Positions 1-7,610 of a DNA stretch of 10,004 nucleotides are shown here, piece by piece. Origin of the DNA: Octopus sinensis (taxonomy: Eukaryota); assembly GCF_006345805.1 (NCBI RefSeq), contig NW_021827835.1, positions 1-10,004 on the forward strand. Reading direction: 5' to 3'. The first letter of the stretch is position 1, and each line of letters starts with the position of its first letter. The translations under genes and the position numbers were made by a program. Under the pieces are notes generated by a model. That model searched no databases and was not told the origin of the DNA. It was given only the letters and a program-made list of their open reading frames with translations.

Positions 1-56
1 TATTATTATCATTGCGTATGCTTGTATGTATGTATAACAACAATACTGGTAAAATA

Positions 57-77
57 TAATAATAATAATAATAATAA
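57..77. repeat. (TAA)7 microsatellite near the 3' side of the Penelope-like element
   Basis: taataataataataataataa read directly. Confidence 0.9.
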
Positions 78-99
78 ATCGAAAAAAAGAATATTTTAA

Positions 100-1120
100 A
101 TTTAAAAAATACTTATATAGTTATTTATTTCTATTTGTTTCTTTATCTGTGTATTTTATTTATTATGTGTTCGGCTTTGTTTATATTGTAACCAGTTTAT
201 TGGGATCCTCTACCGCCATATGTCGTGGTGTGTGCTAGTGTTCCATTCCTGTTTCCTATTCAGGCTAGGTTTATCTTCTATTATGTGTGTAGCTTCTGTA
301 ATTTGTCTGATTGTTGCATTTGTTCTATGTGTGGACAAGATTTTAATATCTATGTTGCTGATTGATCCCCCGTGTTCCTGTTCGGTGTGTTGGTACAGAA
401 TCGATGAGCTTTTACCTTCCTTGAGTTCTCTTCAATGTCATTTACCCGCTCTCCTATGCTTCTTGCCGTTTCCCCTACGGATGTCGTTGTCTTGTTACTG
501 CATCGTCCCTCTATACATTTTATACTATGGACTACATTTCTGGCTTTACAGTTTGTTTGTGGGCTAAATCTACATACAGTACAGTACTTATCCGTACAGG
601 GGGTTCTACCGATTATAGACTTGATAGGGTTGCCTGGCTTTTCAACAACCTTAATCTTTAGCTTAAGCTTGTCTAGGGTCCTTCTAAAGCGGTACGCCGG
701 TTCACCTCCAGGTGTGGTGTCAATGAACATGTCACTCTAGTATTTATGGCTATCATACCAAGAGTTGGCCTTCCCTATTTTCTTTTTTGTCCTTTCTATA
801 GTGTTCCATGACTTGTTCCTATAGAGTCGGCAAATCCCATTCCTATCATTACATAATATATTATCGAATTTCTTCATGGTTCCTTTGTATACTCTGATCC
901 TTTCTTTATAGCTGTAACCTGAGAACTGCATGCGGTAAATGAAATATTGTATGTGTCTCGTTAACTCTGCAGTCTCGCACATGCGTGACACATTTCTCAT
1001 TATTCTTACGAGGTGTGCCATCAAAATATTGAATTTGGCATTGTCCGCAATGGCTGAGTTCCAGTGGATCAAGTATTTTGAGGCCATAGGTTTGGCATAG
1101 TACGAATGAAGGATTTGGGT
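100..1120 (-). mobile_element. Penelope-like retroelement (C-terminal GIY-YIG EN+ type), 5'-truncated and decayed
   Basis: The minus strand encodes the RT C-terminal region, then a Cys-rich linker, then a GIY-YIG endonuclease, which is the canonical EN+ PLE order. An A-rich putative 3' UTR follows the stop at 210-212. Homology in frame stops at ~1117 (upstream TAA). The left boundary is approximate. Confidence 0.88.
210..1117 (-). pseudogene. Disrupted RT-thumb/GIY-YIG endonuclease ORF of the Penelope-like element
   Basis: ORFs 737..1087 and 350..730 are the same frame separated by one TAG (737-739): QILHSYYAKPMASKYLIHWNSA...WYDSHKY*SDMFIDTTPGGE...KIKVVEKPG...PCTDKYCTVC...NCKARNVVHSIKCIEGRC...SVGETARSIGERVN. 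A 1-nt frameshift at ~438 then gives H*RELKEGKSSSILYQHTEQEHGG...KILSTHRTNATIRQITEATHIIEDKPSLNRKQEWNTSTHHDIWR* (stop 210-212). The degenerate GIY (VVH) and YIG (SVG) motifs, GET-R-R-EH, CCHH-type residues and the R-x-x-x-E...LN motif are characteristic of PLE endonucleases. Confidence 0.9.
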
Positions 1121-1151
1121 TTACCGCGGTAAGAAAGAAGAAAACAAAGGA

Positions 1152-1191
1152 CCACTGATGCGGTCATAGGAGTGTGACGAAATAACTCTGG
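1152..1191 (+). ncRNA. Degenerate minimal type I hammerhead-ribozyme-like motif
   Basis: CCA-CTGATG(CG)-GTCATA[GGAG]TGTGAC-GAAA-TAAC-TC-TGG. It has the core CUGAUG and GAAA, a 6-bp stem II (one G-U), a 3-bp stem I (CCA/TGG) and a CUC triplet. A9 is replaced by CG and stem III is essentially absent. Confidence 0.5.
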
Positions 1192-1351
1192 CTGAAATAA
1201 GATTAAGAGTAATGTAAAAAATAAATAACACTGAAGCAAAATAACACCAAATATATAGTGCGTGTGTTTGTATTGGCTAAACTGTCAAAATGACCATTCC
1301 GAAATATAACAATATCTGCTTCAACACACGACTTCACGTAAAAATTCTTGC

Positions 1352-1358
<7 letters not shown>

Positions 1359-1406
<48 letters not shown>

Positions 1407-1478
1407 CGAGAGGGAAGGGAGAGAGAAATATATATATATATATATTAACTTATATATATATATATATAATTATATATA
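1359..1478. repeat. (TA)n microsatellite interrupted by a short purine patch (~1408-1428)
   Basis: Read directly. Confidence 0.95.
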
Positions 1479-1479
1479 C

Positions 1480-1728
1480 GTGCAGGCTTGGCTGTGTAAG
1501 AATATTGCTTCCCAGTTACGTGGTTCCGGTTCAGTCCCACTGTGTGGAACCTTGGGCACGTGTCTACTATTATAGCCTCGGGCCGACCGAAGGCTTCTGA
1601 GTGGATTTCATAGACGCAAACTGGAAGAAGCTAGTCGTATATATTTATGTATATGTCTGTGTGCCTGGAATTTTTGCACCAGCACCCTCTCTTGACAACC
1701 GGTGTTGGTGTGTCTATATCCACGTAAC
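1480..1728 (+). mobile_element. tRNA-derived SINE, 3'-truncated, same family as 2731-3149
   Basis: B-box-like GGTTCAGTCCC at 1528-1538. Aligns by eye to the reverse complement of ~2881-3149, with identical blocks TGGTTCCGGTTCAGTCCCACTG and TATAGCCTCGGGCCGAC. CCTTGGGCACGTGTCT resembles the start of the CORE-SINE domain (recollection). Confidence 0.9.
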
Positions 1729-1734
1729 AATATA

Positions 1735-2095
1735 CAGGGTGATTCAAAACTCTCCATTCATAGAAAAAATTTTTTTTTTATAAGAAAGAGTATATAAGAT
1801 CCCCTAGTCCCCATGATCTGTCCCCTCTTCATTTCTATCTTCGGGAGCATTTGAGGGGCATGGTTTACCGCGGCAGGATAAAGACATAAATGATTTGAAG
1901 GAACGCATCACCAACATAGTTGCACACTTATCACCAGACGTGCTATTACGAGTTCACATTGAGTAGGGGTAAACGTATTGCAATATCTATCCAATACAAC
2001 TGTAATCCTGTAGAGCCTGTTAAATAAAAAAAAATTGTAAACTGTCTCTTATGACAAGATAAAGTGTTCCTATGTATGGCGACTTTGAGTCGCTG
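1735..2095 (+). mobile_element. Internally deleted Tc1/mariner-superfamily DNA transposon (MITE-like)
   Basis: TA followed by CAGGGTGATTCAAAACTCTCCATTCATAG (left TIR) and a degenerate inverted counterpart CTATGTATGGCGACTTTGAGTCGCTG at 2070-2095. A transposase C-terminal remnant lies between them. Confidence 0.8.
1800..2027 (+). pseudogene. C-terminal fragment of a Tc1/mariner-type transposase
   Basis: Across two frameshifts: SPSPHDLSPLHFYLREHLRGMVYRGRI / KDINDLKERITNIVAHLSPDVLLRVHIE* / KRIAISIQYNCNPVEPVK*. This matches the WPPRSPDLTPLDFYLWGxLKxxVY...LKERI... pattern of the family. The third catalytic position reads H (CAT, plausibly from GAT). Confidence 0.85.
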
Positions 2096-2139
2096 AACTA
2101 GTCCTTCCTGCGAAGGAATTAAATAAGAATCCTTCGCAG

Positions 2140-2500
2140 AGGGGCAAAAACAAGGAAACACATTTTTTTTGACAAAAACAGGACGTAAAAACAATACAAT
2201 TAAAACAAATACAAAATAAAAATACAGTTACAAAAAAATACAGTACACGAAGGAATAAAAACAGGACAGGAAAACAAACAATAAGTGCCTTTAGGCCTAG
2301 ACGACGGAAAATTTTTCACGAGCGTAGAAGAAACATGTTTACTTGAAGAAGGCCGCCAACGAAAGGAAGTATATTATATATATATACATATATATACATA
2401 TATATAGTTAATCCCCAAAAGAAAGCACAAAAAATACAACAACGCAGGGACGTGGAACAAATATAGTATTATTGGACGCTCTGGAAAGAAGGAAAGAAGG
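2140..2500. repeat. A-rich strand-biased segments, probably fragments of dispersed repeats, interleaved with (TA)n
   Basis: Strong A bias on + with AAAACAGGAC at two positions. The 2407-2500 segment resembles octopus repeat sequence from memory only. Not classifiable from the window. Confidence 0.3.
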
Positions 2501-2502
2501 AC

Positions 2503-2565
2503 ATATATATATATATATATAATTATATATATATATATAATATATTACGCATATTTATATATATA
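2503..2565. repeat. Imperfect (TA)n microsatellite
   Basis: Read directly. Confidence 0.9.
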
Positions 2566-2730
2566 CTTGCAGCGTGGAAAATATTTTGACAAATTAAACT
2601 TAAATGTTGGAGTGAATCGAACGGCTTTCTTAAATGGCTTATAAGCACCTTCCACGCTGCAATTGTTTTCGTTTCAGTACACGATCTCAGATCAAATTAC
2701 TTGCTATGCGAGTACATCCCCTATATATAT

Positions 2731-3147
2731 ACTCTTATTTTTTTACTCTTTTTTACTTGTTTCAGTCATTTGACTGCGGCCATGCTGGACCACCGCCTTT
2801 AATCGAGCAACTCGACCCCGGAACTTATTCTTTTGTAAGCCCAGTACTTATTCTATAGGTCTCTTTTGCAGAACCGCTAAGTAACGGGGACATAAACACA
2901 CCAGTATCGGTTGTCAAGCAATACTAGGGGGACAAACACAGATACACAAACACACACACGCATATATATATATATATATACACATATATACGACGGGTTT
3001 CTTTCATTCTCCATCTACCAATCCACTCACAAGGCTTTGTCGGCCCGAGGCTATAGTAGAAGACACTTGCCCCAGGTGCCACGCAGTGGGACTGAACCGG
3101 AACCATGTGGTTGGTAAACAAGCTACTTACCACACAGCCCACCTGCG

Positions 3148-3149
<2 letters not shown>
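2731..3149 (-). mobile_element. Near full-length tRNA-derived SINE
   Basis: The minus strand starts GGCGCAGGTGGGCTGTGTGGTAAG (A-box-like), has B-box-like GGTTCAGTCCC (3088-3098), an internal TA/GT microsatellite, and an AAGAGTA-like simple-repeat tail at ~2731-2760. A second copy is at 1480-1728. Confidence 0.93.
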
Positions 3150-3204
<55 letters not shown>

Positions 3205-3562
3205 TATATATTCTAATATACATGTATATATACATATATACATATATACATATATATATACATATATATACATAGATATACGATATATATACATATATAT
3301 ACATATATATTATATAATATTATATATATATATAATATGTATATATATATATATGTATATATATACATATGTATATATATATGTATATATATACATATGT
3401 ATATATATATATGTATATGTATATATACATATATATATGTATATATATGTATATATATATGTGTATATACATATATAATATATATACATATGTATATATA
3501 CATATATTGAGTCTGCCTCTTTGTGTGCGCCCGTGTTTGTGTGTGTGTGTGTGTGTGTGTGT
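3150..3562. repeat. Complex (TA)n / TACA / TATG microsatellite followed by (GT)n
   Basis: Read directly. It accounts for the Y/I-rich ORFs at 3086-3611. Confidence 0.97.
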
Positions 3563-4087
3563 GAGTTTGTAAGTGCACGTATTTGTACTGTGTGTAGTTG
3601 TATGAGTGCATTTTAGATCTAAATCACTGAATTAGTAATTTTGCTTAATGTCATTAACAGAGAGGAAGAAAACAAACGTGAAAGGGAGATGGAATGGATT
3701 CTGACAGATTACCTGCTACGCAGGAATACCTGTAAAATTTAACCAAGAAAACACGATAGATAAATACTTTTAAATTCTGAATCTATTTGTTATCTTAGAG
3801 CATATGTTTACAATTTTCATCTCAGAAATATGCGACAAATATTACTCTAAGTTTGATAATTATCATACTAGACAATAACCTACGAGATTTATTCATTATG
3901 TCCCTGGTGCTTAAAAGGTAATGATCCCATGTGTTTCATAATATAATTAATCATCTTATTAAAGATACGGTACATTAGATCACTTAGTCTAAGAACTGTT
4001 TGAAACAACCATACTGCTACCGAACGATGGGAATCATTCGAAGGGACATCAGTTATCTTTGAACTAAAATTAAGCAATAGCTTAACT

Positions 4088-4292
4088 AATAATAACTTTT
4101 TCCACTGTAGGCACAAGGCCTTTTAATCTTTATTTAAGGGGGCTAGTTGATTACATCTGCCCCAGCGCGTAACTGGTATTATTTCATCAACCCCGAAAGG
4201 ATAAACGGTTTGGTCAACCTCGGCAGAATTTGAAACCTGTGGGCAGCGACAGACAAAATACTTCCCAGCGTGCTAACGATTCTACCAGCTCG
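4088..4292 (-). mobile_element. Diverged tRNA-derived SINE (second family)
   Basis: The minus strand reads CGAGCTGGTAGAATCGTTAGCACGCTGG...GGTTTCAAATTCTGCCGAGGTTGAC...TATCCTTTCGGGGTTGATGAAATAATACCAGTT...AGGCCTTGTGCCTACAGTGGAAAAAGTTATT. It has A/B-box-like motifs, a conserved SINE central domain (CCTTTCGGGGTCGATAAA-type, recollection) and an ATT-type tail. Confidence 0.82.
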
Positions 4293-4469
4293 ATATCTTA
4301 ACACACCCATTAATAATACACAGTTTCTGGTTGAGAACACACGAAAATTGGCAATGGTTATTTGATCGACAACACCGCCAAATAATTCCTTATAAACTTG
4401 ATTTCGGTAAAATAAGGTAAAATATCTGAAATATAATAGATAAACCGTTTTCGCTTGTAGCCAAGTTTC

Positions 4470-4587
4470 CTGGTTTAGATGTTAGTAGTGTTGCATGCAT
4501 GGTTGTACGATTGTGATTTCGATTCATGGGACAGACGATCCGTTGTATTCTTGAACAAATCACTTTGAGTCCACTTACTTGGCAAAT
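4470..4587 (+). mobile_element. Old SINE 5' remnant (tRNA-like head)
   Basis: GTTAGTAGTGTTGCATGCATGGTTGTACGATTGTGATTTCGATTCATGG...GTTGTATTCTTGAACAAATCACTT shows a tRNA-like head with a degenerate B box (GATTTCGATTC), followed by a CTTGAxCAAxxCACTT CORE-like start. Highly diverged. Confidence 0.55.
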
Positions 4588-4739
4588 CGAACAATCCTAC
4601 TTTCGTCTCTCTTTCAGTGAGACGGGGAATATATATGCCACGGAGTACGGGGAAATCTAATATATGAGACCTAATATATAGCTTGGGAAGAATCTTTCAT
4701 ATCTTTTTTTTTTCCGTTTATTTGCTATCCATCATACAT

Positions 4740-4921
4740 GACAATGCCAAGCTGGGGATATTCAGTATATCTGTAGTTCATGCTTTGATGTCACTAGTCT
4801 ATCTTTTCCTTGGTCTGCCTTGCTTTCTATTGTTCCCTGCAGTATTGTCTTTGCTGGGACGTAGCTTCTTACCAAGGCAGTCCCGTTTCTTTACCTTTAC
4901 AATTATCATCACATCCTCGTG
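4740..4921 (-). mobile_element. RTE-type LINE, remnant of the ORF 3' end
   Basis: Across frameshifts: HEDVMIIVKVKK... / AKTILQGTIE / RKQGRPRKR*TSDIKA*T. This matches the RTE C-terminal pattern EDLLTxVKxRK...AKTILQGTVEGxRRRGRPRKRWxDDIKEWT, with both Trp positions reading as stops. Confidence 0.72.
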
Positions 4922-5362
4922 TGTTACTATAGACCGAGTCACGAAAAAACCCAGGCTATCTAAAATATAACCCCTTATCAAGTTATACTGGGTAGGATAC
5001 ATTAGGTTTTGAAATCTAGGGTAATCAGCACTCTGCAGCAACATTATAGATGCAGAAAGATAAAAAACATTGAATCAGAAATCACTACAATTATCGTTGA
5101 ACATAAGTTTTAAAATAACACAACCAAAATATACCCCAAAGATTCTGGCCCAAAATAAGATAATATTCAATCTATTGAAGCACCCAGGAGTTGATCATAA
5201 ATTTGGTTTCAGTAAAATATAAAAACACTTCTTTAGAATAAAATGAGATGTAACACTTCTTTTATTACCTGTGTTATACTGATATAGTCAGCAAATACGT
5301 AATACCGAAAAGAATAAGACGGTATGTATCTTCGTAGCATTTGCACTTCTTCATCTTCACAG

Positions 5363-5407
5363 GAATCCTAGGCAACGGTGCAGAATTAACAGAACATCAT
5401 ATCTTGC
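5363..5407 (+). CDS. Candidate 45-nt frame-preserving internal exon of an unidentified host gene
   Basis: Acceptor CTTCTTCATCTTCACAG|G and donor C|GTTAGT; 45 nt, ~42% GC in AT-rich flanks. Open as (G)ILGNGAELTEHHIL (phase 1/1) or NPRQRCRINRTSYL (phase 2/2). Protein not recognised. Confidence 0.4.
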
Positions 5408-5632
5408 GTTAGTTTCCGTTTATCGACGCCTTCCAGAAATATGTGTCTTTACTCACATACAAAAGTTTGCCTGTATATGCTTAATAAAATTTGCATGCTG
5501 ATGCAAGTTTGATAACTGTTAAAAGTTTATGTTACAAACATACATAGGCAAGTGCATTTTGCGATCAACTCTCCAAGCCCATCCGAAGTACATATGCGTG
5601 TACGCCTAAGTATTTGTGTGTTTATGTGTATG

Positions 5633-5633
<1 letters not shown>

Positions 5634-5663
<30 letters not shown>

Positions 5664-5860
5664 GTATATATGTATATGCAAATAGATAGATATAAATACT
5701 AGAGTGTGTGGCTTTGGTGCGCGGGCTTGTGTATCCATATACCCATCTATCTGTCTATCTATCTATCCATATATATATATATACATATATAAATATACAT
5801 ATATATATGCACACATTATATATATGTATATATATGGATATATATAATATATGTTTGTAT

Positions 5861-5898
<38 letters not shown>

Positions 5899-6125
5899 CG
5901 TGTATATATCTATACATATAATATATGTATATATATATACATGTATATATATACATGTATACAATATATATGTATATATATATATGTATATATACATATA
6001 TATATATGTATATATATCCGTATATCTATGTTTGTGTGTGTATAGTTACATAAATACATGCATATGAGCACATAAACGCATCCATTCATACACACACATG
6101 TATTTATATATACGCATATATAGCG
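5634..6125. repeat. Complex (TA)n/(CA)n/(GT)n microsatellite cluster
   Basis: Read directly. It accounts for the ORFs at 5755-6203. Confidence 0.93.
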
Positions 6126-6486
6126 TATATATAAATGTATGGAATTATGTGTTTGTTTTGTGCATATAAAAATACTTCTTAGCGTATTTACTTGTTTGAT
6201 CACATGCTGCGTTTAGGGAATATATAGTGTTTTATTTTTTTGTAACATTTATCAAATTAGCACGAATACGTAAATTAGTTCGCTCATGTGTAAGCGAAGA
6301 TGCATTTTCTCTATTGCTATCAGCTGTTATTTCAAAGCAGAACATTGAAGATAAATAGAATCTGAAGAAAGATAGCAATCTCGAACGCGCTCTTTATATT
6401 ACTTGTTTTTTTATCAAGGGTTTATAGTATACCCAGAAGATTCTTTCACCGTAAAGGACATATGCGCTCCAATATATAGAGGTACT

Positions 6487-6504
6487 TATATATATTATAT
6501 ATAT

Positions 6505-6577
<73 letters not shown>

Positions 6578-6685
6578 ATATATATATATATTATATAAAT
6601 ACATATAGACAAACACACGCCTATATGTATTTCTGTGTGTATGTTTACATATGCGTGTATATGTATGTGTGTGTATGTATATAGG
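6487..6685. repeat. (TA)n microsatellite grading into TGTA/GT-rich low complexity
   Basis: Read directly. Confidence 0.92.
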
Positions 6686-7524
6686 TATGCGTATAAACTA
6701 CGGCATATTTTATCTAAGTTTCTTAGTTCACATCCAGTGCGTCATGCGAGCGGAATTTCCATACTTCATTTCGTAGAAATAATACACGCAACTTACAAAA
6801 GTATTACGACACTATAACAATTTCTGACGCTTGCACAATAACACAAATTCACATGAAAACTTTTCTTTTCATTGGAAAATACGTTATATTATTGTTCCTA
6901 GCTTAGCTTACGAATAGTTCGCTTTGTAAGTCACTGGTAACTGAAATATCTCAAGCTACAACGAGGAATCCATTATACAAAATATATATTCGCCTAATGG
7001 CAAATCATTATCTGGGGCGTTATTCTATGGAGTAATAATCATCCAGTATGGCTGTGTCTGGCTTAGGATACATGCACCAAGACTCTATTTCGGGTTAATT
7101 TTCCGAAATCGATCTCCATATTTAATGGGAGTATACACTGATTAGCTAACATTTTGTCAGATCTATTCTCAAAGCAATTCGCTATCACCGAATACTGTCT
7201 CCTATATCTAATTTAGTAATAATTTCGATAGCTAATCTGTAGATCAAACTGAATTATAACTATGTTAACTTTTGATTACAGCATGACATCAGGTGATGCT
7301 AAGTTACGTTGAGGGGTTTGAGTATTGAGTATAGTAATTCTAAACAGAATTATCTTTACACATAGATTTATATATAATAGTATATTGTGTTTCTTTCATT
7401 CTTGATGTTTCCTATTGTTTTTATATTTGAGACTTTACCCTTGAATCTAAGTGATTTTGACTAAACTTTAGGCGGATTTCTTCATTTAAATCATCCGTCA
7501 AATATCTGTTATGGTCACCATGTT

Positions 7525-7610
7525 AAAGAAGAAGAAGAGGAAAAAGGTGAAGAAGAAAAATAATAAAAAGCGGAAGATGATGATGATGACGAAGAAGACG
7601 AAGGATAAGA
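7525..7610. repeat. (GAA)n/(GAT)n purine-rich simple repeat
   Basis: aaagaagaagaagagg...gatgatgatgatgacgaagaagacgaagg read directly. Confidence 0.85.

Noticed and set aside
432-434. In-frame TGA in the PLE endonuclease as possible selenocysteine, as reported for some Naiad PLEs
   Set aside because: Domain order is RT then EN, so this is not Naiad. The position (EH-x-R) is not a Cys site and fits TGG>TGA. The copy also has a TAG and a frameshift, so ordinary decay explains it.
220-740. Plus-strand ORFs 220..567 and 435..740
   Set aside because: Antisense shadows of the PLE ORF with no recognisable motifs.
1118-1873. 12-bp direct match GGTTTACCGCGG at 1118-1129 and 1862-1873
   Set aside because: The second copy is inside the transposase coding remnant (M-V-Y-R-G) and there is no flanking similarity. 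One 12-mer match within 10 kb is compatible with chance.
2342-2366. TTGAAGAAGGCCGCCAACGAAAGG as a second hammerhead-like motif
   Set aside because: The core lacks C3, stem II does not close next to GAAA, and no stem I or NUH can be built.
3086-3611. Long Tyr/Ile-rich ORFs, also at 1348, 5755-6203, 6394, 9135-9356 and 9505-9898
   Set aside because: Translations of (TA)n/(CA)n microsatellites and SINE bodies.
3713-3729. Minus-strand 17-nt micro-exon candidate (TTTTACAG|GTATTCCTGCGTAGCAG|GTAATC)
   Set aside because: Not frame-preserving and has no other support. Such signal pairs arise by chance in AT-rich DNA.
4603-4665. Plus-strand acceptor-like tract CTTTCGTCTCTCTTTCAG
   Set aside because: All three frames stop within ~55 nt and there is no good donor. 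It may belong to the adjacent SINE remnant.
6902-6955. Overlapping micro-exon candidates: + strand 24 nt 6902-6925 (LSLRIVRF, GTAAGT donor) and - strand 6955/6940-6912 (GTAAGC donor)
   Set aside because: Both strands give equally plausible signals at the same spot, which suggests chance. The + candidate is open only in phase 0 and is incompatible with the 5363 exon. RNA-seq junctions would be needed.
7439-7505. Minus-strand 67-nt exon candidate (YLTDDLNEEIRLKFSQNHLDSR)
   Set aside because: The pyrimidine tract is a microsatellite set back ~20 nt from the AG, the donor GTAAAG is weak, and the peptide is unrecognised. Not excluded, but unsupported.
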